Origin: Phyllobates terribilis
Taxonomy: Eukaryota
Assembly (NCBI RefSeq): GCF_046119375.1
Contig: NW_027362763.1
Span: 807,984,001-808,048,000 of the forward strand
DNA length: 64,000 nt
Direction: 5' to 3'
Shown one piece after another: positions 11,604 through 23,999 of this stretch; position 1 is the first letter of the stretch; the number at the start of each line of letters is the position of its first letter. The notes under the pieces were generated by a model that saw only the letters and a list, made by a program, of their open reading frames with translations, did not search any database and was not told where the DNA came from. A program made the position numbers and the translations under genes.

Positions 11604-11824
11604 CTGGCTGAGAGATCCTGTCACACCTGTGATGAAGCTGCGTACCTGAGGAGTTGGATACTGAAACAAGACCGTGAGGTCGACATACAGTATTACAAGA
11701 TAATTTAAAGTATTTGACTGGCTGAGAGATCCTGTCACACCTGTGATGAAGCTGCATACCTGAGGAGTTGGATACTGAAACAAGACCGTGAGATCGACAT
11801 GCAGTATTACAAGATAATTTAAAG
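11604..11824. repeat. Tandem duplication, 114-bp period (2 copies), near the PLE1 3' end
   Basis: CTGGCTGAGAGATCCTGTCACACC...GATAATTTAAAG begins at 11604 and at 11718. Confidence 0.9.
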
Positions 11825-11935
11825 GTGAGCTTAAAACCTTTTTTCTTTTTCTAACCTACATAGAAAATCTACACTTAGATCTGCGCTTGTTCTTCGACCT
11901 CCCCCTATCTTTTAGACCCCACAGCTTTGAGGTCA

Positions 11936-14520
11936 AAACTGTTGTATCCTCACCAAGAGGATGACTGACCATGCTCTCCTCCTCCTTCTCTCTGTCCTCT
12001 GGCCATCCACGCTGAACAGACGGTATGACAGTTGTGCAGGTAGTAGCATCTATAGCGCATGAAACTAGCTCCTGTTCTTCCTCCTCCGCCTCCTCCTCTT
12101 CCTCATTGTCACCCAATCCACGTTGGGATGAGATGAGGATGGGCTGTGTGTAATCACCCTGTATGGTTCCTTGCTCCATCTCATCGTGCTCTGCCTGCAA
12201 TGCATCCTCTTTGATTGTGAGCAGAGAGCATTTCAGAAGACAGAGAAACGGGATGGTGACGCTAACTATGGCATCATCGCTGCTCACCATCTTGGTGGAG
12301 TCCTCAAAGTTTTGGAGGATGGTACATATGTCTGACATCCATGTCCACTCCTGAGGTCTTATGTGTGGAGTCTGAACTGAATACTGACAGCCTTGTTGAT
12401 GCTGGTAGTCAACAACTGCCCTCTTATGCTCACAAATCCTTCCCAACATCTGCAGTGTAAAGTTCCAATGCGTGGGAACATCACATACCAGTCTGTGAGC
12501 CGGAAGCTGCAAACGCTGCTGAAACACAGCAAGGGTGGCGGAAGCTGTAGGTGACTTTCTAAAATGGGCACACAGGCGGCGTACTTTAACAAGCAGATCC
12601 GGCAGCTGTGGGTAGGATTTGAGAAACCGCTGAACCACGAGGTTAAGCACATGGTATGTGTGTGAGCTCACCTCAGAGCCGCCACCAGGCTCCAGCCATT
12701 GTCACACACGACCATGTCTGGCTGTAGGTTCAGCGGTGTGAGCCACAGATCTGCCTGCTCTTTCACAGCTGTCCACAACTCTTCAGCATTGTGCGGTTTG
12801 TCACCTAAGCATATTAGCTTCAGCACAGCCTGTTGCCTCTTGACCGAGGCAGTGCTGCAGTGCTTCCAGCTTGTGACTGATGTGGTCATTTCGGAGATTG
12901 AGGCTGAAGAGGAGGAGGAGGCTGAGGAGGATGAGGTGCAGGAGCTGTAGACTGTGGGGGCAACCCTGATTGACCTAGGGCCCGCAATCCTTGGCGTCGG
13001 GAGGAGATGCTCGGTCCCAAGGTCCGACTGGGTCACAGCTTCCTCTATGTTAACCCAGTGTGCCGTCAGCGAGATGTACTTTCCCTGCCCACAAGCACTT
13101 GTCCATGAGTCCGTGGTTAGGTGGACTTTCCCGGTAACTGCGTTGTTGAGGGCACGGCTAATGTTTTGGGACACGTGCTTGTGTCATGCGGGGACGGCAC
13201 ACCGGGAGAAATAGTGGCGGCTAAGGACTGAGTACCGAGGGACGGCCGCCGCCATCAGGTTGCGGAATGCTTCCATCTCCACGAGCCTAAAAGGCAACAT
13301 TTCGAGCGCAAGCAGTCGTGAAATGTGGAAATTTAGTACTGTGGCCTGTGGGGCGTTGGCTGCGTATATGCGCTTGCGCTCCAAGGACTGGGGTATGGAT
13401 AACTGAATGCTGCGCTGGTACAAGGACGTGGACGTGCTTCCTGATGCTGCTACTTGAGAGTGTGCAATGACAGGTGCAGGGCAGGAGGCATCTTCACATG
13501 CACCATGGACAGGGGATTGGCTTGCATGCACAACAGCGGAAGAAGCAATGGTGCCACCCGCTGACACTGTTCCTGGACCCTGGGGTTCGGCCCACAAAGT
13601 CTGGTGCTTTGCTGCCATGTGCCTGATCATGCTGGATGCGGTCAGGCTGGTCATTTTGCCACCCCTGCTGATGCTGGCCTGGCAGGTGGTGCAAATGGCC
13701 TTTTTGGGGTTATCGGCAGAGTCTTTAAAAAACAACCAGACTCGGGAGGACCTAACAGTTGTACTGGCAACTTCCTTCGTGTTGGTGTTACGGGGAACGG
13801 TTACCTGCCTTCTTTCTGCGGCCACCACACTGCTTCTTCCTGCCTGTTGGGGTGCTCTGCCTCCCTCCCCCTGTGTGCTGCTCTTCTCGCTCTGCATGTC
13901 CTCCTGCCAGGTTGGGTCAGTTACTATATCATCCATAACCTCATCTTCCACTTCCGCACTCTGGTCCTCCTCCTGACTTTCTGGCAATTGTGTCTCATCA
14001 TCGTCCACCTCTTGTGACACTTTTCCACCGTCTCCTTCATGTGACTGTGGCTGCTCAAATATTTGGGCATTGCTACATGCGATCTCCTCTTGCCTCGCTT
14101 CAAGTGGAGGCCCGAATCTATAAATGGAAAAGTGAACAGCTCTTCGGAGTGTCCAAATGTGGGATCATTTGTCTCTGGGCACTGGGCATGGTGGGAGGAA
14201 GGAGGTTCAGGGTGAGGAATATGCGGTCCAGACTCACAGCTACTGAGACTTGACCATGTATAAGACAAGGTGGTGGTGGTGGGGCTAAGTGACTGGAAGC
14301 ATTATCTGCTATCCAACCAATAACCTTTTCACACTGCTCTGTGTTCAATATTGGTGTTCTGCGGTCCCCTATTAATTGGGACTGGAAGGTCGAGCGAGAA
14401 GATGTGGGTGTTTGTTGTGGCACAGTTTCAGCTTGCCCACGGCCTCGGCCTTTGCATGCACCATCATCACCATCACGTCCAGTTTTCCGTCTCTTGCCAC
14501 GTGCCTTGCCCATTTTAAAT
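11936..14520 (-). pseudogene. hAT/ZBED-like transposase pseudogene
   Basis: BED finger VWLFF...AICTTC...MIRHMAAKH, then LTTDSWTS, VVCDNG, HVLNLVV and DVPTHWN, spread over ORFs 13184-14020, 12668-13174 and 11856-12671. Confidence 0.88.
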
Positions 14521-15628
14521 GGAGGACAATATCTTCCACGCTCACAACAAATGACTGAATTTGGAGCGAACTTACATGTGATCCGTGTGACAGACAAACC
14601 ACAGTTTTAAATACCTGGCCTGTAGGTAACTATTTTGAACAGCAAACTAGTGTCAATTGCTTCACTGACACACTGAAACCAATTTTTAATGGCGGTCAGA
14701 AATGGCAGTATTTTCTGAAAACGTATATATGATCTGTGTGACGGATAAAACACAGTTTTAAATACCTGGCCTGTAGGTAACTATTTTGAACAGCAAAGTT
14801 GTGTCAATTGCTTCACTGACACACTGAATTTTTTTTTTATGGAGGCCAGAAATGGCACTATTTTCATCGCAATTATATGTGATCCATGTGACAGACAAAC
14901 CACAGTTTTAAATAACTGGATTTTTAGCGCTGTAATATGGAAAGGACCTCGCTGTATTCTGCAGTGCCAACAAGCAAATGGCGCAGAAAAACTGTGTTCT
15001 CTGGATTGCTTTTTAAGGAAATAATGAGGATTAAGATCCAAATAAAAATTATTCCTGGCCCCTGAGACCTGGGCCTATTTCTATAAATATCTAACAGCAG
15101 CAGCAGCAGACAAAACTGGAATGTAGCCTCTCGTCCTATGTGCACTGCAGACTGCTATATACCCTGCCTGCCTGCCTATATACACTGCCTGCCTGATATC
15201 TCTGCAGATGGATTAGTCCTCAGAAGGACTGTTTGTTGAGATGGATATGTGTCTCTAATATAGTTTGGTACACCTACACTAACTAGAAACAAGCAAATCT
15301 CTCCCTACCTGAGCAGCACCACACCCTACACTGTCTGATTCCGTAGTGACTGTGACGTGCATGGCGGCGCCAGGTCTGATATAGACCTGATGGCGCTGTG
15401 CGGCCAGCCAATCACTGTAATGCCACAACCAACATGGCTACGGCATTACAGTGAGTGGCAGGCAATCCCTGCATGTTGATTGGCGCTCTAAAGAGCGCCA
15501 AACATGCAGGGAGGGGTCCCGAGCTCCCGCCGAGCAACCCCGGAAATACTTGGCGAGCGCCGAGCATGTCGAGCAGTGAGATGCTCGGGCGAGCACCGAG
15601 TAGTAGCCAACATGCTCGCTCATCACTA
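11936..15628 (-). mobile_element. hAT-superfamily transposon (BED-finger type), 3'-truncated
   Basis: Terminal TAGTGATGAGCGAGCATG on the minus strand at 15628-15611, ~150-bp subterminal repeats, and a decayed transposase. Confidence 0.82.
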
Positions 15629-15629
15629 A

Positions 15630-16140
15630 TCATTTACTCTCCTTCACCCTCAATTTATCATTATTTGCTGCCCCACCCCCGATTTATCATCATTTGCTTT
15701 CCCCCATGCCTCGGTGTCAATTCATCATCATTTAATCCCCCCACCCTCAAAATGCATCATTATTTGCTCTGCCCCAGCCCCCCAAGTCATCATTTACTTT
15801 CCCCACCCCCACCTTCAGTTTATTTGCTCTCCTCACCCCCACATTCAATTCAATTGCTGTTCCCCATCCCCCAACCTCACTTCATCATTTGAAGTTCCCC
15901 TCTCCTTCCACTTCATCATTTGCAGTCTCCCTCACTTCATCATTTGCAGGTCCTTCCCTCACTCCATCATTTGCAGTCCCCTGTCCCCCTCTCACTTCAT
16001 CATTTGCAACTCCTCCCCTCACCCCATCACTTGCAGTCCCTGTCCCCCTCCCCCTCTCACTCTATCATTTGCAGTCCCCTTCCCCCCTCTCCTACTGACT
16101 TTATCATTTGTAGTTTCCCCCTTCACCCATTCAATTCATT
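15630..16140. repeat. Pyrimidine-rich degenerate minisatellite (core CATCATTTGCAGTCCCC)
   Basis: About 18 recurrences of (T/C)ATCATTTG with C/T-rich spacers. Probably part of a non-autonomous element ending near TAGTTACACCCTG at ~16436. Confidence 0.8.
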
Positions 16141-16818
16141 TTATAAAGAAAAAAAAAAAGTTTTCATACTTACCTCACTTACGATCCCTTGCAGACGCAG
16201 CTCCGCTACTGCTGTCCTAGCAACAGCCAGTCACGCTCATACATGACGGCGCATGTGCAATGACGTCATCGCATACGCGCCATCACCTGACCAGAAGTCG
16301 GAAAAGGCGGAGGGAGCTGTAGCTGCCCAGCCGTTAAGGTACTTTGACAGCCGCGGAGCTCCGGGAAAGGTTCCAGAGCTGCGGTGTGCGCCGCCAAAGG
16401 CGGCAACCTGGCGAACAGCACTTAGTTACACCCTGGGGCTTGCTGAGCAGAAGCACAAGGGGGGGACCCTGACTGGGCCGGGCCGCCTCTGCTCACCAGA
16501 CCCCATACAGCTGTAAGGGCAGTAATGCCCTGATGGTGACCCTGTATGTATCCATACTTCAAATTATGATGACACTGATGGTAAAAACGTGCTGACAGAC
16601 CATACACTGATTACACAGGTACTATTTTTTTCTTATCTGTTTAAGCATGGACGTGGGAATGAGGCCTTAGGGAATTCCATTTATTTTTTCTATTTTAGAA
16701 ACAGACAAGTGGAATTAATGTACAAAACTGATCCTTTGTGTAACTGGAACAAATGTAAATTGTGAGGTCCTCCGTTTTGCACATTAATTCCACCAGTCTG
16801 TTCATAATATAGAAAATA

Positions 16819-18143
16819 TCTTATATACTCGAGTATAAACCGACCCGAATATAAGCCGAGGCACCTAATTTTACCACAAAAAACTTTGAAAACTTATTGA
16901 CTCGAGTATAAGCCTAGGGTGGGAAATTCAGCAGCTACTGGTAAATTTCCCCATACTGGTAAGCATTGCCCCCTTATCCCCAATTCTGGTATGTATGGCC
17001 CACTCATCCCCAATCCTGGTATGCACGGCCTCCTCATCCCCAATCCTGGTATGCATGGCCCACCATCCCCAATATTGGCATGCATGGCCCACTCATCCCC
17101 AATACTGGTAAGCATGGGCCCCTAATCCCCAATCCTGGTATGCATGGGCCCCTCATCCCCAATCTGCATGGGCCCCTCATCCCCAATCCTGGTGTGCATG
17201 GGCCTCTCATCCCCAATCCTGGTATGCATGGGCCCCTTATCCCCAATCTTCATGGGCCCCTCATCCGCAATCCTGGTATGCATAGGCCTCTCATCCCCAA
17301 TCCTGATATGCAAGGCCCCCTCATTCCCAATCCTGGCATGCATGGCCCACCATCCCCAATCTTGGCATGCATGGCCCACTCATCCCCAATACTGGTAAGC
17401 ATGGGCCCCTCATCCCCAATCCTGGTATGCATGGCCCCCTCATCACCAATCCTGGTATGTATGGCCTCCCATCCCTATACACTTGAAAAAAATAAACACT
17501 TCTACTCACCTTACTTCCTCCCCTCTGCTCCAGCGCTTTGTCCTGTTCTCAGCTGATCTTAGGATCTGAGCAGCGCATGACGTCACTGCCATGCGCCCTC
17601 AGTAGCCGAGATGAGCTGCCAGTATATTCACTCCCCTCCATGCCGGGACCATGGGACTGGAGAGTAGTGAATATCAATGTTCTTTAATAGCGGGCGCATA
17701 GTGTCAGCAGCGCCGCAGCTCCTGCAGCAGCTCATCGATCCTCCGTACTAAAGAGAATGAATATTCTCTCTTGTTTAAGCCCATGGGAGTGGAGACGAGT
17801 GAATTTTCATACTCTTTAATAGCGGACACGGAGGATCGCTGAGCCGCTGCAGGAACTGCAGTGCTGCTGACACTGTGCGCCCGCTGTTAAAGAAATGATT
17901 ATTCACTCTTCTCCACTCCCATGGGTGTGGAGAAGAGTAAACATTAATTTTACTTTAGCAGCGGGCACACATGGTAGCTGCAGCAGCGGCTACTGCATGT
18001 GCCCCTCTCCTCCGCTGCCTCAACCCCCCTCCACCACTATCCACCACCGGAATGTGCATACTATACTCAAGTAGAAGCCGAGGGGGGCTTTTTCAGCCTA
18101 AAAACTGTGCTGAAAAAGTCGGCTTATACTCAAGTATATACGG
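16819..18143. mobile_element. Non-autonomous Tc2/pogo-like DNA transposon A
   Basis: TIRs (TCT)TATATACTCGAGTATAA and TTATACTCAAGTATATACGG; TA at both flanks (16817-18, 18144-45). Confidence 0.82.
16975..17470. repeat. 24-30-bp minisatellite CCCCAATCCTGGTATGCATGGCCCCCTCAT
   Basis: Direct inspection. It generates the low-complexity ORFs of the track. Confidence 0.92.
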
Positions 18144-18175
18144 TACATTATCATCTAGCTTTGGCCAAATATGTA

Positions 18176-19935
18176 CCGTATTTTTCGGACTATAAGGCAC
18201 ACTTTTTTCCTCCAAAATTTTGGAGGAAAATGGGGGGAGCATCTTATTGGCTGAATGTTGGGGGGGTGTGTATATATATGTGGGGTGTGAGCGGAGCGGT
18301 AGCGGTGGAGGAGTGAGGCACAGGAGGCAGCAGCCGCCTGCTGCAGCCTACACTGTCCCCGCTGCTAAAGAAAATGAATATTCCGTGCTCCCCACAGGGA
18401 GCACTGAATATTCATGCTCCTTAATAGCAGCACACAGTGTAGCCGCAGCGCGGCTCCTGCTGCTGCCGGAATCGCCTGTGCCTGCTGTTAAAGCACATGA
18501 ATATTCAACCTCTCTCCATGTCCATGGGAGTGGAGAGGGGTGAATATTCATGCCCTTCAATAAGCGGGCACACGCGATAGCCCGGCAGCAGCAGGAGCCG
18601 CAGCGCGGCTATGCTGTGTGCCGGCTATTAAGCAGCATGAAGGCACACAGCAGCTGATCTCTCCTTGTGCGCCGCGCATGGCAGTAACGTCATGCGCGGC
18701 TCACATGGAGAGATCAGTGCGGGCAGACAGGACACAGCGCTGGAGGAGAGAGAAGAAAGGTGAGTAGGAGTGTTTATTTTTTTTTTATGTGCAGCCTGAT
18801 GGGGATTAGGGGGACTATGCATACTAGGATAAGGATGAGGGGGCCATACATACCAGGTTAAGGTTGAGGGGACCATACATACCAGGGTAAGGTTGAGGGG
18901 ACCATACATACCAGGGTAACGCTGAAGGGGCCATACATAACAGGATAAAGATGAGGGGGCCATACATAACAAGATAAAGATGAGGAGGCCATACATACCA
19001 GGATAACTCTGAGGGGGGCATACATAACAGGATAAAGATGAGGGGGCCATACATACCAGGATTAGGATGAGGGGCCATACATACCAGGATAAGGATGAGG
19101 GGTGCCATGCATACCAGGATAGAGATTAGGGGTGCCATGCATACCAGGATAGGGATTAGGGGTGCCATGCATACCAGGATAGGGATTAGGGGTGCCATGC
19201 ATACCAGGATGGGGATTAAGGGTGCCATGCATACCAGGACGGGGATGAGGGGTGCCATGCATACCAGGACAGGGATCAGGGGGCCATGCATACGAGGACA
19301 GGGATGAGGGGTGCCATGCATATCAGGATAGGGATGAGAGGTGCCATGCATACCAGGATGGGGATTGCTGTGCCATGCATACGAGGATGGGGATTGCTGT
19401 GCCATGCATACCAGGATGGGGATTGCTGTGCCATGCATACCAGGATGGGGATTGCTGTGCCATGCATACCAGGATAGGGATTAGGGATGCCATGCATACC
19501 AGAATAGGGATTAGGGGTGCCATGCATACCAGGATAGGGATGAGGAGTGCCATGCATACCAGGACAGGGATGAGGGGTGCCATGCATACCAGGATAGGGA
19601 TGAGGTGTGCCATGCATACCAGGATAAGGATGAGGGGTGCCATGCATACCAGGATGGAGGGGTTCCATGCATACCAGGATGGAGGGATGCCAGGCATACC
19701 AGGATGGGGATCGGGACCACGTATAAAAGGAAGGGCAGGGGGCATATATACCAGGATAGGGGATATTGTCAGAATTGGGGGATATTACCCCTATACCAGT
19801 GTCAGCAGAAGACCCCCTCCCCCTTAAAAGTGCATCATGAACACATTTTTTGCTTAATTTTTTTTTATTATTTTCCTCCTCTAAAACCTAGGTGCGTCTT
19901 ATGGTCCGGTGCGTCTTATAGTCCGAAAAAGACGG
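18176..19935. mobile_element. Non-autonomous Tc2/pogo-like DNA transposon B
   Basis: TIRs CCGTATTTTTCGGACTATAAG and CTTATAGTCCGAAAAAGACGG; TA TSD at 18174-75 and 19936-37. Confidence 0.88.
18800..19780. repeat. ~30-bp minisatellite GGGGTGCCATGCATACCAGGATAGGGATGA
   Basis: About 30 units; reverse-complement relative of the 16975-17470 array. Confidence 0.93.
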
Positions 19936-20025
19936 TACATTTGAAAAAATACAGATGAAGTATTCAGAAGCCCCGAGGAGCCATTGACTGAGATGGTCAG
20001 ACATAGTGCACCTATGCTTATGTAA

Positions 20026-20449
20026 AGGCCCTGTCAAACTAAGCGACGCTACAGCGATCCCGACAACGATACGACCTGTCACGGATCGTTGCTGCGTCGC
20101 TATGTGGTCGCTGGTGAGATGTCAAACAGTCAGATCTTCCCAACGACGCAACAGCGATGCAGCGACCCGTAACGATCTGTATAACGATGCACGCCTATGT
20201 GTTTCTGTGTCTGAGTCGTTAACAAGGTCGTTGGTAAGGTGTCAAACACACCGATATATGCTACCCAGCGGGGCTTCAACGATCAAAGAAATGTCCAGAC
20301 CTTTCCGACACGACCAGCGATCTCACAGCAGGGGCCTGGTCGCTGCTAAGTGTCAAATGTAGCGAGATCGCTGCTGAGGTCGCTGTTGCGTCACAAAACT
20401 TGACTTTGCAGCAATCTCGCTAGCGATCTCGCTTAGTGTGACGGGGGCT
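20026..20449. mobile_element. PIF/Harbinger-type MITE
   Basis: TIRs AGGCCCTGTCAAACTAAGCGA and TCGCTTAGTGTGACGGGGGCT; TAA/TTA flanks. Confidence 0.8.
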
Positions 20450-20882
20450 TTAGACTCTCCTTACGCCAGGTATACATTTAGTTATAAAAGTACAGTAAAA
20501 ACATCATCTACTAAACTACTAAAATACCCAAATACCTCTCATAAAGACAGTTGAATGTAAGCATTATTGGTGTGTTTGATTCCGTCTGCAGAGCGCTACC
20601 TTTGATTACATTTTTGTGTATTTTTCCAAATATATTCACTTGTTTGATGTTGCAATTGTAATGTAAAAAAGCCCTTATTCTAGATTTGTGTCATGTTTTT
20701 AATTGTATCCGAAGTTTCTTACAGACAAGGTTATGCATTCTATGTTAACTATAGGCTGTTTAATATGGATTTGTTTTTGTTATGTTTTACAATGGTGGTA
20801 GATATATTTTTCTTATGATTGTGTAATGCTGTCACTGAAACTGGTTGTCTGAGACATTTATTGGATTTGACACTGATTCTAA

Positions 20883-21096
20883 GGCCACGGCCCCACTATC
20901 AGTATTTGGTCAGTATTCAGTCAGTATTTTTTCTCAGGACTGCGAGCCAAAACCAGGTGAGGAACAATCAGAGAAAAGGTATAATAGAAACAAGTCACCA
21001 ATTCTGCATTTGTCACCCACTCCTGGTTTTGGCTCCCACTCCTGAGAAAAAATACTGACCGAATACTGACCAAATACTGATAGTGAGGCTGTGGCC
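20883..21096. mobile_element. PIF/Harbinger-type fold-back MITE
   Basis: Near-complete palindrome GGCCACGGCCCCACTATCAGTATTTGGTCAG ... CTGACCAAATACTGATAGTGAGGCTGTGGCC; TAA TSD on both sides. Confidence 0.88.
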
Positions 21097-21904
21097 TAAC
21101 ATGCAGAATCTTGACTATTTCTACTATATTGTATAGGATTTCGAAGTTTTCACTGTCATCGTGCTCATCACATGTCTATTCAGTTTGCATACAGCTGATC
21201 ACGAGCCGATCATTGTGGTAACAATTGAGAGAAGTGAAAGATAAAGAGGTTGGCTCGTGATTGTAAGTATGCATCACTTATCGAGTGGTCACGTGAGAAG
21301 AGCAGTGAGTGTGAAAACATACAATTTGAAAAAGGCAAAAGCTAATTAAGGATTATTAAGGATTACATGCAATTTACAATCCACATACTTGTGTTTCTGA
21401 CATCCAATCTCTCTTATGATTATATATATATCTATAGTATAACGCTACAAGCGTCCCTCTGTCTGAAGCCTTTATAGACTGCGCAAGCGCGACACGCCTT
21501 CGCCATCTGGCTCCAGACAGAAGAACGCATGGAGCCGTTACAGGTAAGAGGAGTGTGTATGGCGCCGGAGATCTTGGTATGCGTAGACACTGAACGCATA
21601 CCGAGATCTCCGGCGCCATACTTGCATGCTTACCTGACCGAGAGGAGCATTGCCGCGGCGCCTCTCTTCTCACTGGAGACCGGGGCAAGAGTGCGGTGTC
21701 GGAATCGGCGCATGCACATAGCACTATCCTGCGCCATTTTACCGAAGACAAATTTTCAGTGTGTCTTCAGCAAAATGGCCCTGGACAGCGCGGTATGGAC
21801 ACGCACATACTCAGGTGCCGCACTCCTCCTCCTGTCTCCGGCAGAACGGGACACAGCGCTGGAGCACAGGGAAGAAAGTTGAGTATAAGTTTTTATTTTT
21901 TTGT

Positions 21905-22345
21905 ATGTGTACAGGGTGAAAGGGATGAGGGGTGCCATACATACCAGGATTGGGGGGTGAGGGGACCATGCATACCAGGATAGGGATAAGGGGTACAATG
22001 CATACCAGGATTGGGGGGTGAGGAGTGCCATGCATACCAGCATTAGGGATGAGGGGTACCATACATACCAGGATTGGGAGGTGAGGGGAGCCATGCATAC
22101 CAGGATTGGGGGCTGAGGGGGTACCATGCATACCAGGATTGGGGGGTGAGGGGACCATGCATACCAGGATAGGGATGAGGGGGTACTATTCATACCAGAA
22201 TCGGGGGGTGATGGGACCATGCATACCAGGATTGAGGGGTGAGGGGACCATGCATACCAGGATAGGGATGAGGGGGTACCATGCATACCAGGATTGAGTG
22301 GTGAGGGGACCATGCATACCAGGATTGGGGGGTGAGGGGACTATG
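21905..22345. repeat. 31-32-bp minisatellite GGGGACCATGCATACCAGGATTGGGGGGTGA
   Basis: About 14 units with the same core as the arrays in elements A and B; the carrier's ends were not identified. Confidence 0.9.
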
Positions 22346-22359
22346 CATACCATCTATAT

Positions 22360-22473
22360 ATTCATAGATTTTTAATTTATTATTCCTTTTGTCAGATTAA
22401 AGTTATTTCTGTGACCATTGTGGGTTTTTCTTTCATTAAACGAGGGGCACCAACAATTTTGACCACATGTGTA
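22360..22473. mobile_element. Isolated Tc1-type terminus
   Basis: Ends CACCAACAATTTTGACCACATGTG-TA, resembling a Tc1 TIR; no partner found. Confidence 0.45.
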
Positions 22474-23999
22474 TTTAGAGTTGCAAATGTGTGTATGATC
22501 ACAATATAAAAACAGCACCAACCACCGTTTTTAAAGCCTTGCTACCACTGCAGTTTAATGCAACAGCCAGAGGTAAACAAATTAAAGATGGTCCGATGGA
22601 ATTTGTGGCCAGTATTGTACTTGCCCCTAAAATTTACCAGCCAGCCCCTGAATGTAGCCCAGGTATTTTTCCTTCTTTTTCCCGATGGCACACTTCTTTG
22701 GGTTTATGTCAAACCTCCCTTTCCTCTGTGCATCCAGCACAGCCTGTACCTTCTGCAGATGACTTTCCCAATCCAAGCTGAATATCACAATATCGTCGAG
22801 GTAAGCTGTGATGCACTTTTTGTGAGGGGCCGGTTTATGGCCCTCTGGAAGGTAGCTGAGTCTCTTTACAACCCAAATGGGCTTCTGGTATACTGAAAGC
22901 AACCATCAGGTGTAAAAAAGGCTGTCCCCTTCTTGGCACTTTGAGAGAGGAGAATTGTCCAGTAACCTTTCATTATGTCCAGGGAGGTGATGTATCTTGC
23001 TGACCCTAGCTTCTCTATGAGTTCATCGTCTCAAGGTATCGGATACTCATCAAATTTAGCCCCCTCCTTCAAAATCACCTTGCTTTGGGCTTCGGAGTTT
23101 CTATACGGCTTTTGGTTCACCTGCACATGTGATTCCGTCAGGATTCCATGTTCACCAACCTGCATGCGTCTTGGCAACTCTGAAAACAGGTGCAATTTCC
23201 GCTGATACAGTTCTCGGCACTGTTCTTTTTGGGCAGGTGACAGTGTCTTTGCCATGGTGACACCCTTAGTGTCACCTGTTGGTCTGTCCAGCCTGAAGTT
23301 TCAACATGGTTTCTCTGTTGCCCTGCCTTGATGGATAGCATTACGGAAGGATTTTGGAAGAGAGTGGTGGTACCAGTTAACTGGCAGGTGGGACAGGACT
23401 TGCAATATCTTAGGATTTCACAGTGACATCAGGGCCATTAGAACCACTTCATTAACCCTTCTTGAGTTTTGTTCAACCTCCAGGTGGCCACCCAAAACAT
23501 GTAAATGAGCCCTGTCCAACACGCTTTGTCTGTAAGGTCCTGGTACCAACAATTGCTCCACTATCTCCTTTCTCACCTTAGTAACCCAGAACAATAAGTC
23601 CCCACTCAACATGTAATAGGGAAACCTGGTGTCAGCCCCCAACTCCTGTGTTATGCCGTTTATAAAGGTTACCTTATGGAACGATTCTTTTAGAGTTAGG
23701 TCCCTATGCTGAGTGACCCCAAAATTTTCTCTGGTCATCCCTATATCAAGAATGTCTGCCTCCTTATCTTCTCCTATTACACAGAAGGGAAACTCGTCAG
23801 ACTCTGGGGTTGGTGAGTCTTTTTTAGGGCCAACCCGTTTCTTACCCGAGCAATCAAGGTCTCTGCCCCTCCCCCACAAGACCTAAAACAACACCGACCT
23901 ATGATAATTGGGTGCAATAAATCCTGGATCACGTCAACCACATGGGACTCAGTACCTCTGGCCACCTCAATGACCACTCTAGCCATGGGATAGTCTTTA

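Larger units (their letters stand above)
1385..11935 (+). mobile_element. Penelope-like retroelement PLE1 (Neptune-type), 5'-truncated, split by a Tc1 insertion at 1502-9741
   Basis: RT motif YLQRHSTAMGTRVAPSFANLFM at ~1390-1460. Removing the Tc1 plus one TA rejoins it in frame (EY-TDRIVLYKRYIDDLFVVW) to the RT/GIY-YIG ORF ending at 10975. The 3' region carries an HHR-like motif. Outer ends approximate. Confidence 0.88.

Noticed and set aside
11640-11690. CTGAGGAGTTGGATACTGAAAC in the 114-bp duplication as a hammerhead
   Set aside because: Stems I and III cannot be formed convincingly.
16540-16800. Possible host exon in the non-repetitive gaps (also 20460-20840 and 21100-21470)
   Set aside because: No convincing acceptor/donor pair with a recognisable peptide; RNA-seq would be needed.
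15455-22313. Many 60-200 aa ORFs (MHTR.., PILVCMAP.., SFAV..)
   Set aside because: Translations of stop-poor minisatellites, open in several frames on both strands.
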